Shown here: piece by piece, positions 20,637 to 27,176 of the stretch
Position numbering within the stretch: position 1 is the stretch's first letter
Layout of the letters: every line of letters begins with the position of its first letter
Origin: Thermoplasmata archaeon
GTDB lineage: Archaea > Thermoplasmatota > Penumbrarchaeia > JAEHCK01 > GCA-020356005
Assembly (NCBI GenBank): GCA_020356005.1
Contig: CP070629.1
Coordinates: 829,558 to 856,733, forward strand
Direction: 5' to 3'
DNA length: 27,176 nt
Made by a program: the position numbers and the translations under genes
The notes under the pieces: generated by a model
The model's input: only the letters and a program-made list of their open reading frames with translations
Databases searched by the model: none
Told to the model about the DNA's origin: nothing

Positions 20637-21464
20637 ATGAAAAAATTATATTTCGGCACTGCGGGAGTCCCGATAAGTGCTAAGCGGGACGATTCGAAGG
20701 AGGGTGTGCGGCGCATCTCCGAGCTCGGGCTGGACGCCATGGAGCTCGAGTTCGTGCAGGGCGTGCGGTTATCGCTGGAGGGTGCAGAGGCGATCGACGA
20801 GCTGCGCAAAAAGCTCGATGTTAAGCTCACCGCGCACGGGCCGTATTATATCAATCTTAACGCTGTTGAGCCGCACAAGGTGATCGCCAGCCGCAACCAC
20901 ATACTCTCGGCTGCGCGTGTGGGCTGGCGGGCCGGTGCGGTGGGGGTGGTGTTCCATGCCGCATTCTACCTGAAGCAGCCTGCAGACAAGGTCTACAGGC
21001 GCGTCAAAAAGGAGCTGAAGGGGTTGGTCAAGAGCCTCCGAGCGGAGGACAACGAAATCTTGCTTCGGCCGGAAACCACGGGCAAAGGCTCGCAGTTCGG
21101 AACACTGCAGGAGCTTATCAAAATGAGCGAGGATGTTCCCGGGGTGATGCCGTGCCTGGATTTCTCGCATATGCACGCGCGGCAAAACGGCGGGCTGGGC
21201 TTTGAGGATTTTAAAACTATGCTCTCTGACCTGGAGGCTGCGCTGGGCAGAACATCTCTCGACAATATCCACATACATCTTTCGGGTATAGAATACACGG
21301 AGAAGGGCGAGCGCCGGCATACAACTCTGGAAGATTCGGATTTCTTATACGAAGATGTACTGAAGGCCCTCAAGGAATTCGATGTGAAGGGTATCGTAAT
21401 ATGCGAATCGCCCATACTGGAAGACGATGCGATCGTGTTAAAAGAATTTTATGAGGGGCTTTAA
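20637..21464 (+). CDS. Endonuclease IV-like AP endonuclease family 2 / xylose-isomerase-like TIM-barrel protein
   Basis: HGPYYINLN, VVFHAAFY, RPETTGKGSQFGTLQEL, CLDFSHMHAR and IHIHLSGIEYTEKGERRHT parallel the metal-ligand blocks of endonuclease IV (HAPYLINL, VxHPG, ENxAGxG, DTCH, HxNDS...DRH). The ATG at 20637 (MKKLYFGTAG) is preferred over the track TTG at 20625. Confidence 0.65.
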   Translation: MKKLYFGTAGVPISAKRDDSKEGVRRISELGLDAMELEFVQGVRLSLEGAEAIDELRKKLDVKLTAHGPYYINLNAVEPHKVIASRNHILSAARVGWRAGAVGVVFHAAFYLKQPADKVYRRVKKELKGLVKSLRAEDNEILLRPETTGKGSQFGTLQELIKMSEDVPGVMPCLDFSHMHARQNGGLGFEDFKTMLSDLEAALGRTSLDNIHIHLSGIEYTEKGERRHTTLEDSDFLYEDVLKALKEFDVKGIVICESPILEDDAIVLKEFYEGL

Positions 21465-21530
21465 TCATGATTGGATGTTGCTTTTATATCGATATTTTTA
21501 GGCGCTAGAGAAGAGAGAATAAGCGCTAGG

Positions 21531-21659
21531 GTGATTAATAAAGGATAAATAGTGAATGGTGAATAGTGAAGGTAGCTGAGATATTGCCCATTCATAATCT
21601 GCCTTCACCATTCAAGCTAGCGAAGCGAGCGTATTTATCCTTCACCATTTATTAATCAT
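21531..21659. repeat. Imperfect inverted repeat between convergent genes (GTGATTAATAAA...GAATGGTGAA...GTGAAGG // CCTTCACCATTC...CCTTCACCATTTATTAATCAT)
   Basis: The modules TGATTAATAAA, GGATAAATA and (A)TGGTGAAGG recur in reverse complement on the two sides of ~21590. The repeat lies between the stop codons at 21464 (+) and 21686 (-). Confidence 0.55.
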
Positions 21660-21685
21660 TCTGAATTCTGAGTCCTGGGTCCTGA

Positions 21686-24055
21686 TTAAACTGCCTTCAG
21701 TGCGTGCTCCCAGCACTGCCTGTAGCTGTCGATTGCTGAACCGTAATTTTCATTCATTATGAATTCGTATGAATCCTGCATCTTTTGCTGCGCCATTGCA
21801 ATCTCATGGTCTACCTTTTTGCTTGCACCCGCATTTAAAACTGCTTCATCCAAGGCGGTTTTGGCCAGCAGCCAATCAGAGTAAACCAGATTTATTCTGG
21901 CATTAATACATGCCTGAACTACGGAATTCGGTACATTTTTATGGTTCATCAATTCCTCCAGCTTCTGCACCGCCTGCTTTTCCAGCGAGAAAACCTTATG
22001 ACCGTGCTTCGGATCGAGATGATCCAGATCTTCCCACAGTTCTGAATCCAAACTAGCTTCAATAAGCTCGATTATCTTGTCAAGTTTACTATCGATTTTC
22101 TTATCGCCGGTTTTGGCGGATTCAAGATAGTATGCGGTGTAATCTTTGAACGTTTCAGGCGGTATGCTTACCGCGTTGTTTACAACGGCTACAATTGTGG
22201 ATTGTGAATAGGTGTTACCCGCTGCATCATACACGCGGATCTCGATTCGGTTGAATCCATCGTTCAAATCACTGGTATCAAGTGGATAATCAAAGCCGAA
22301 ATTTGAAGATGCAGGTAAATTGATAGTACCGACCAGATTGTCGCCCACATAAATTTCAGCCTTCTCCAGGCAGGTATCGTCCATTGCTACTGCCGATATT
22401 GTTACCGCACCCTGGACGTTTTCAAGATACTTGGGTGATTGTATGCGCAGCCCCGGTGCAGTGTAATCCACAGACACCTGACCGGTTCTTGAAAACTCCA
22501 CCTCGGTTTCGCACGGTATAGCGCTGTGGCCGTTCTCATCCTCGGCGATTATCATTATTTCTATATCAGTGGGTCCTTTCACATGGTTCTTAAATGCACT
22601 TATAGGTATATTCACGGACCAGGTTCCATCACCGTCGGGATCGCTCATTTCATAGTTATCATAGTCTATATGCTCGATATATTCATAGGTTTGATAATTC
22701 GGTGTTAATGGTATAAGAGGTATTATACAGGCAGTCACCTTGGATATAGCTGCCATAGCATCGATCTCGGCTTCGACGGGTATTACCTCCAATTCTGGTG
22801 GGATGGGCCATATAAACGATCTCTTTTCGATTACATACTCAATCCATGGAATGCGAATGATCGGGCCGCCCATGTAGATATGTGCCGCAAAATCACCGTC
22901 GCCGTCATGTGGCAGATACCCGCTGAAAGCAGGTGTATCCCAGCCGTGGCCGACCCCGTCTCCGTTATCATCCAGGAGTGGATGATATGAGTTCAGCGTA
23001 CCGGCTACATATTGGCTGCCGGTATTGAAAGCCGCCCCAAGTGAATCCCCTGACTTAATCGCCGGCCAGTACTCGTTGCTGAACTTCTCGTAGTACGGTG
23101 CAGGAGCGCCGCCGCTGTTTTCATCTGCATTGCTGGATGTAATCGTAATTCTTCCATCCCCGGTGAGGTCATCGATGAAACTGCCGCTGTGACAGCCCAT
23201 GTACCATGTATAGACATCCGCATCCGTGTCTGTTTCCAGGTCGTCTATCCAATCCTCCAGGTCCCACGCCCAGACCTGATCGTCGGTGGGTGGGTCGTCT
23301 ATACAGAACTTATTGACATTGCCGTGATCGAACATAATAATGAATAACGGTTCGTGCTCGCTCACTTTCCCTGCCGCCCAGGTATCAATCGCAGTCTCCA
23401 TTGTAGCACTGGTAGCCATTCCATCCACCCTCCAGTTATTCCAGCTGTTAAGATAATATACCCTGCTGGATGGATAACCGATATCGAGTAGATCATCAAA
23501 AATTTGGTTACAGGCTGCGTCTATCATAAACTGCATATCATCATTATTGTTACCCGCAACGAGGAGTACATAACCCATACCCCGGACTCCAAATGTATGT
23601 CTTCCTTCCAGAACGTCATCAAGAATACTTTCAGTTACAATGGTATATGTCCCGGGATCTAACTTCTCGGTTAAAAAGTTCGACTGCGAAACCATATTCG
23701 TCTCTGTATCACCGGAACCAACACACCACGTTTTAGCCTGCATCGGCCAGGGATTGTTTTTTACATAAGCTGGCGGGTAGACAACCTCGCCATCTTCATT
23801 GTAGATTTTAAATTTGGGCATTATGTCGAACATAATATCGGTTTTGCCTCTGTTGTTGATAAAAACCGATATATCTTCACCTTGTTTGTAATAAGGTTTG
23901 TTCGTGTAAACTTTTAACGGAGATATTATATCCTGGCTTATATCAGAGCTTAAAGCTTCTGAAGATACCTTCGTTGCCGGTAATGCAGCAAAACCTACAA
24001 AGACCAGCATTATGACTATACCAATATTTATTCCAATCTGAAAACCTGTTCTCAT
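21686..24055 (-). CDS. Secreted/anchored clan-CD cysteine peptidase (legumain C13 / gingipain-like His-Cys dyad) with Ig-like domains and a C-terminal helical domain
   Basis: The signal anchor is IGINIGIVIMLVFVGFAALPA. The protease core reads YVLLVAGNNND...PLFIIMFDHGN...VYTWYMGCHSGSFIDD followed by YHPLLDDNGDGVGHG, which I recall recurring in prokaryotic C13-like proteins. An Ig-like region follows (VTISAVAMDDTCLEKAEIYVGDNLVGTINL...IEIRVYDAAGNT). GGGAGG lies 7 nt upstream of the ATG. Confidence 0.75.
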   Translation of the reverse strand: MRTGFQIGINIGIVIMLVFVGFAALPATKVSSEALSSDISQDIISPLKVYTNKPYYKQGEDISVFINNRGKTDIMFDIMPKFKIYNEDGEVVYPPAYVKNNPWPMQAKTWCVGSGDTETNMVSQSNFLTEKLDPGTYTIVTESILDDVLEGRHTFGVRGMGYVLLVAGNNNDDMQFMIDAACNQIFDDLLDIGYPSSRVYYLNSWNNWRVDGMATSATMETAIDTWAAGKVSEHEPLFIIMFDHGNVNKFCIDDPPTDDQVWAWDLEDWIDDLETDTDADVYTWYMGCHSGSFIDDLTGDGRITITSSNADENSGGAPAPYYEKFSNEYWPAIKSGDSLGAAFNTGSQYVAGTLNSYHPLLDDNGDGVGHGWDTPAFSGYLPHDGDGDFAAHIYMGGPIIRIPWIEYVIEKRSFIWPIPPELEVIPVEAEIDAMAAISKVTACIIPLIPLTPNYQTYEYIEHIDYDNYEMSDPDGDGTWSVNIPISAFKNHVKGPTDIEIMIIAEDENGHSAIPCETEVEFSRTGQVSVDYTAPGLRIQSPKYLENVQGAVTISAVAMDDTCLEKAEIYVGDNLVGTINLPASSNFGFDYPLDTSDLNDGFNRIEIRVYDAAGNTYSQSTIVAVVNNAVSIPPETFKDYTAYYLESAKTGDKKIDSKLDKIIELIEASLDSELWEDLDHLDPKHGHKVFSLEKQAVQKLEELMNHKNVPNSVVQACINARINLVYSDWLLAKTALDEAVLNAGASKKVDHEIAMAQQKMQDSYEFIMNENYGSAIDSYRQCWEHALKAV

Positions 24056-24171
24056 TTATTGCCTCCCACTTCGGTAGATTTTTTCTACTTAAATCCCCCG
24101 AATTAATATTATCGGAAGGGAATAAATATGTTGATATTTATAGTTATCCTCAATCGATTATTGTTGATTAG

Positions 24172-24358
24172 TAATACTACAAATACTTCAAATACTACAG
24201 ATAAATCTAAGATTATATGCGAAGACTTACAAATTCCATATTGCATATATTGTAAGTCTTCTGTCCTGAAAGCCCATGAAATTGGTTCTTTATTCAGCGT
24301 TGCGTAGGACTTTCAGTACAAATACTACAAAGGAAGCTCAAAAATCAAATACTACAAA
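24172..24358. repeat. Cluster of AAATACTACAAA-type 12-mers (4-5 copies) in the intergenic region upstream of RNase P RNA
   Basis: TAATACTACAAA at 24172, variant AAATACTTCAAA at 24181, AAATACTACAGA at 24190, AAATACTACAAA at 24320 and AAATACTACAAA at 24347. The same 12-mer recurs at 26858 and 26867. Confidence 0.8.
24221..24261. repeat. Perfect 12-bp inverted repeat GAAGACTTACAA / TTGTAAGTCTTC with 17-nt spacer
   Basis: Read directly from the sequence at 24221-24232 and 24250-24261. Confidence 0.85.
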
Positions 24359-24390
24359 ACGAAGTCGGCAGTACTTATTTCCTGACTAAT

Positions 24391-24424
24391 TACTATCGAC
24401 TATCGACTCCGTACTATCGACTAT
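24391..24424. repeat. Short tandem repeat TACTATCGAC-TATCGAC-tccg-TACTATCGAC
   Basis: Read directly from the sequence. It lies about 25 nt upstream of the putative RNase P RNA promoter box. Confidence 0.8.
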
Positions 24425-24446
24425 TTATTCTCATATTTGCCAATCA

Positions 24447-24459
24447 TTTAATTAATATA
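24447..24459 (+). promoter_or_regulatory. TATA-box-like element (TTTAATTAATATA) ~25 nt upstream of the RNase P RNA 5' end
   Basis: Its position relative to the first paired nucleotide of helix P1 (24480) matches the spacing of archaeal TATA boxes. No bacterial -35/-10 pair is obvious. Confidence 0.45.
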
Positions 24460-24479
24460 CAATGAAATCAATTAATCTA

Positions 24480-24787
24480 TGCTGGGAGCAGATGGGCGAT
24501 TTACGCCGTCTTGGTGATGGTGAGGAAAGTCCCCACTCCTTTAAGCATGCGGTCCGGCGCAAGCCGGATGCCCGAGAGGGCAGGCTCTGGAGCAGAAACG
24601 TAACCTGTGGTGGTTATACTATGATTTACTTTCAAAGTGATGAGGTTCCCTCCGTTCAGGCTGAAACGGCCATTCCCCGCTGGTGCAAGTTCAAATGTAT
24701 CGGGATGACGTGCTTACAGACCGGAAGGTAGAACGCATAGTCCAATATCGCCTGAAACAGAATGGGGCTTACAACCTGCACCCAGCA
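24480..24787 (+). ncRNA. rnpB: RNase P RNA (compact, type A-like; probably archaeal)
   Basis: Universal CR-I GAGGAAAGUCC is at 24522-24532 and CR-V ACAGAAUGGGGCUUAC is at 24757-24772. Together they form helix P4 (AAGUCCCC / GGGGCUU). Terminal helix P1 pairs UGCUGGG (24480-86) with CCCAGCA (24781-87). There is an internal CCGGC-GCAA-GCCGG tetraloop hairpin. Oligo-T follows immediately. Confidence 0.9.
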
Positions 24788-24805
24788 TTATTTTAATTTT
24801 ATTTT
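24788..24805 (+). terminator. Oligo-T tract (TTATTTTAATTTTATTTT) after RNase P RNA
   Basis: There are T-runs directly 3' of helix P1. This is the usual archaeal termination signal. Confidence 0.45.
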
Positions 24806-24832
24806 ATACTAGGGGGATTATTGAATGCTAAT

Positions 24833-25007
24833 AGAAGTGCGTCTATGGGTGTGCGGTGGCGAAGTGCGTAACGTCAATCGGTAGCGAAAAGCGGCTGGTT
24901 CAAAGGTAGCAAAGCCTTTATCGGAAAACGGTCGATATCTTACGGCCGTATACCGTTAAGCGCAATTCGGTACGCCTTTCGCAAACGCAACCGGGGAATG
25001 CACTTCT
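24833..25007. repeat. GC-rich inverted-repeat element, copy 3 (longest, ~175 nt), between RNase P RNA and trmI
   Basis: Outer pair AGAAGTGC / GCACTTCT. Left arm GGTGTGCGGTGGCGAAGTGCGTAACG (24848-24873). Right arm CGGTACGCCTTTCGCAAACGCAACC (24968-24992). Confidence 0.8.
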
Positions 25008-25106
25008 GGGATTGATTATAATACTTATAGAAATCAGTTTTTCTTTATTTTTATACCAAATTATAAATATTATAATTCTATAGATGATTTTACAAAGGTG
25101 GAATAA

Positions 25107-25862
25107 TTGATACAAATCGGCGATATGGTGACATTGATCGGTCCTCGCGGCAAGTTCGTTGTTAAGGTCTCATCCGAGATGCAAAATATAAAAAATCTAG
25201 GTGTGGTTGATACAGGTAAAATAACCGAGAAGGACTATGGTGAAAGTATCAATATAATCGATCAGGACTACATAATTCTGAAACCTTCTTTATCCGATAA
25301 ACTTGATGCGCTTCAGCGAAAGGCCCAGATTATACTACCTAAGGATGCACTACAGCTTGTGGGTATGTGCAATATCCAGTCGGGTTCGCTGGTAATTGAA
25401 GGCGGGGCAGGTTCCGGTGCTCTTACTGTAGCGCTGGCACATTTCGTTGCACCCAACGGCAGGGTGGTGACGTACGAGACCCGTGAGGATTTCGCGGCGG
25501 TCACCCGTAAAAATCTGGCAATGGCCGGTGCGGAAAAATTTGTGGAATTGAAAATCGCCGATGTAACCAAAGGTTTTGACGAATACGATGCCGATGCTGT
25601 TATTCTCGACATCCCCAATCCCTGGAATGTTGTTACCCATGCCTGGAAGGCCTTGGCACCTGGCGGGTTCTTTGCGGTGTATGTCCCGACAATGAACCAG
25701 GTGGAAAAGATTGTTTCTGAACTCCGCGATAATAGATTCATTGAACCCAAGAGTATGGAGACACTCCAGCGTGAAATTGTAGTAGGGAACGGAGGTGTAC
25801 GTCCGAGCTTCGATATGCTGGGACATACCGGATACATTACCGTTGCGAGAAAGATTTTATAG
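25107..25862 (+). CDS. trmI: tRNA (adenine-N1)-methyltransferase, TrmI/Gcd14 family (m1A57/58)
   Basis: There is an N-terminal small beta domain (IGDMVTLIGPRGKFVVKV...IILKPSLSD). The SAM motif I is VIEGGAGSGALTVALA, followed by VVTYETRED and the family-typical DAVILDIPNPW. The TTG start has AAGGTGG 7 nt upstream. An ATG at 25125 is the alternative. Confidence 0.85.
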   Translation: MIQIGDMVTLIGPRGKFVVKVSSEMQNIKNLGVVDTGKITEKDYGESINIIDQDYIILKPSLSDKLDALQRKAQIILPKDALQLVGMCNIQSGSLVIEGGAGSGALTVALAHFVAPNGRVVTYETREDFAAVTRKNLAMAGAEKFVELKIADVTKGFDEYDADAVILDIPNPWNVVTHAWKALAPGGFFAVYVPTMNQVEKIVSELRDNRFIEPKSMETLQREIVVGNGGVRPSFDMLGHTGYITVARKIL

Positions 25863-26027
25863 CGATTGAATCAGGTTCTAGGTTCTGGGTTTTAGGAGAA
25901 TAGACAAAGGACCCCGCGTGTTATTATCAATTAAAATTACCCTTGGGCCTGGCCTCTGACCTCCGGTCTCCAGTATTACTTTTGCCTAGTGCCTCTTTTC
26001 TTTTGCCTCTTATAAAAATATTCTCGC

Positions 26028-26279
26028 TTATTCAAAAAACTCTTCTAAAATCCCTTTACGGATGGTTATCTGTTCGCCCTCGGTGGTCTCCACCGTTCTC
26101 TCTTCAGCCAGCAAACGGTCCATATAATACAAACCCAGCGCTAAAGCACCCAGCGCTATACCTTTTTTTAATCGTTCATCCTCTCCGGCAATTAGTTTCT
26201 TCTCATCTGATGATTTTTCCGTGGGTTCTGCATCGGTTTCTTCAGGTTCTACCTGGTTTTCTTGCGTGGGTTTCGGCAT
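26028..26279 (-). CDS. Small hypothetical protein (acidic N-terminus, one hydrophobic GxxxG-like helix GIALGALALGLYY)
   Basis: The only support is an open frame with a plausible composition. I do not recognise a family. There is no clear RBS, and a + strand ORF (25943-26281) overlaps it. Confidence 0.35.
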   Translation of the reverse strand: MPKPTQENQVEPEETDAEPTEKSSDEKKLIAGEDERLKKGIALGALALGLYYMDRLLAEERTVETTEGEQITIRKGILEEFFE

Positions 26280-26842
26280 AAAAGTCACTTGTGAAATTCC
26301 TATTCATAAGAAGGACGGAAAAGGGATGAGCAGGCGATTGAGTTCCTGACGCAATGCCATCCTTTAGTGAATTTTGATGTACTCGCCTTCTAAATACGGT
26401 ACCATAAGGAATAGGACTTATTTGCTCCTCATCCCTCAAAAAAAATGTACGTGATTGGAACTATATATTCTTTTTGGGATGATTTTGGATTTCAGGGTTA
26501 AATGTACACTTTCCGGTTTTTAAAAGTAAGCATCATTTCCAGTGTAACCGCAAACTATAAATCATTCGAACAATAATATTATTAAAGCCTTGGTACGAAG
26601 GCCTGGGGAAAGCAATTGATGAACCAGTGCGCAAGCTCCAAGGTGACATTGCGGTATCGTTTGGGTCCCTGTTTGACCTAACAGACTTGTAGTCAAGGGA
26701 TGATAATAAGGCCAACCCCGATATCGTACAAATCAATCCCCCGGTACAGGGTTAAACTGTGGATGTTGCACTACGCACTAGATGACTACAGTGGTTAGTA
26801 TCGGGGGACACTCCCTTTTGATTTTTTTTAATTTTGGACAAG

Positions 26843-26900
26843 GGAAATTCAAAATTCAAATACTACAAATACTACAAAGGAAATCCAAAATTCAAAATTC
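26843..26900. repeat. Second AAATACTACAAA cluster (two overlapping copies) flanked by GGAAAT(T/C)CAAAATTCAAA direct repeats
   Basis: The sequence reads GGAAATTCAAAATTCAAATACTACAAATACTACAAAGGAAATCCAAAATTCAAAATTCAAAAAA. It shares the 16-mer AAATACTACAAAGGAA with 24320-24335. Confidence 0.8.
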
Positions 26901-26911
26901 AAAAAAGATCT

Positions 26912-27176
26912 TCAGATTACATTCTTTTCTCGGAGCTCTTGAATCTGTGTGTCGTTGAGGCCCAGCAGTTCCGACAGTATTTCCTCGGTGTGTTGGCCCA
27001 GAAGCGGCGAAGGTTCGAATTTTTCCCTCAAACCCTTGATCTTAATGGGATTGCCCAGTACCTTGAGCTTACCACACTTGGGATGGTCGATCTCAGGAAC
27101 CATATTACGCGCAACCACCTGCTCGTCCTCCATTACCTTGTCCACGGTATTTATGGGTCCTGAAGGTACACCAGCC
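26912..27176 (-). CDS. Family III CoA-transferase (CaiB/BaiF / formyl-CoA transferase-like), C-terminal fragment; gene continues past the window end
   Basis: ...DEQVVARNMVPEIDHPKCGKLKVLGNPIKIKGLREKFEPSPLLGQHTEEILSELLGLNDTQIQELREKNVI is the characteristic C-terminal block of family III CoA-transferases (P.k.s.tp......aP.lGeHt.evL). The frame stays open to nt 27176. Confidence 0.8.
   Translation of the reverse strand, partial: AGVPSGPINTVDKVMEDEQVVARNMVPEIDHPKCGKLKVLGNPIKIKGLREKFEPSPLLGQHTEEILSELLGLNDTQIQELREKNVI

Noticed and set aside
20769-21415. 183-aa and 140-aa antisense ORFs inside the endonuclease IV-like gene. The same situation applies to 25313-25837 and 25350-25826 inside trmI, and to 17221-19113 inside the PP2C gene.
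   Set aside because: The sense frames carry clear family motifs. The antisense ORFs are long only because of local GC-rich codon usage, and they lack motifs.
24172-24424. Possible CRISPR array, given the repeated short motifs
   Set aside because: The repeats are only 10-12 nt, are irregularly spaced and partly overlap. There are no spacer-like unique units of uniform length and no cas genes in the window.
24462-24731. 89-aa ORF on the + strand
   Set aside because: It coincides with the RNase P RNA (CR-I, CR-V, P1 and P4 all present). The 'protein' is an artefact of translating a structured RNA.
25943-26281. 112-aa + strand ORF overlapping the small minus-strand ORF
   Set aside because: It is Leu/Pro/Ser-rich with no start context. 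The minus-strand frame has a more protein-like composition, although neither frame is well supported, hence the low confidence on the reported CDS.
26585-26830. SRP (7S) RNA, tRNA or C/D-box sRNA identity for the structured spacer
   Set aside because: It has no helix-8 GGAA tetraloop followed by GGRAGCA, and no 5'/3' terminal pairing of SRP type. It has no T-loop GTTCRANYC. A UGAUGA box is present, but there is no CUGA D box at the right spacing. It is kept only as an unassigned candidate.
26834-27163. 109-aa + strand ORF beginning in the AAATACTACAAA repeats
   Set aside because: It is antisense to the clearly recognisable CoA-transferase C-terminus. Its N-terminus is a translation of the repeat cluster (KFKYYKYYKGNPKFK).

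Overview
The window is probably archaeal. This is an inference from three things: a compact RNase P RNA of about 308 nt, an A/T box about 25 nt upstream of it with an oligo-T tract after it, and AT-rich intergenic regions with TATA-like boxes. A single ORF that is open at the 5' edge (nt 1-11541, more than 3,840 codons) fills 42% of the window. It encodes a mosaic, apparently glycan-binding surface protein. In order, it has BNR/Asp-box-like repeats, a mid-protein transmembrane hairpin around a poly-Glu/Lys loop, three LamG-type lectin domains, an FBA domain (the Fbs1/FBXO2 sugar-binding fold), two PA14 domains, CARDB-like Ig folds, and a C-terminal ~430-aa module of amphipathic beta-strands split by a coiled coil. 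The lectin domains appear to sit inside three tandem copies of an alpha/beta scaffold, giving a nested architecture. Downstream are: a VapBC-like pair (AbrB antitoxin plus PIN toxin); a membrane-anchored fusion of a type-I periplasmic-binding-protein domain to a clear legumain/C13 peptidase; and a five-gene minus-strand operon. The operon runs CDF transporter, Cache-HAMP-PP2C (RsbU-like), RsbW-like kinase, RsbV-like STAS, then a Cache-HAMP paralogue with no output domain. It is a partner-switching module with no sigma factor in the window. After that come an endonuclease IV-like TIM-barrel gene, a second secreted clan-CD (legumain/gingipain-like) peptidase, RNase P RNA, tRNA m1A methyltransferase TrmI, a small hypothetical ORF and the 3' end of a family III CoA-transferase. 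The non-coding DNA is also structured. Three copies of a GC-rich element with terminal inverted repeats each lie just 3' of a gene. There is also a ~140-nt nested palindrome, clusters of AAATACTACAAA motifs, and one unassigned region that may be a structured RNA. I found no CRISPR array, rRNA, tRNA, transposase or integrase. All domain calls come from reading the translated sequence against remembered family signatures. No searches were run.
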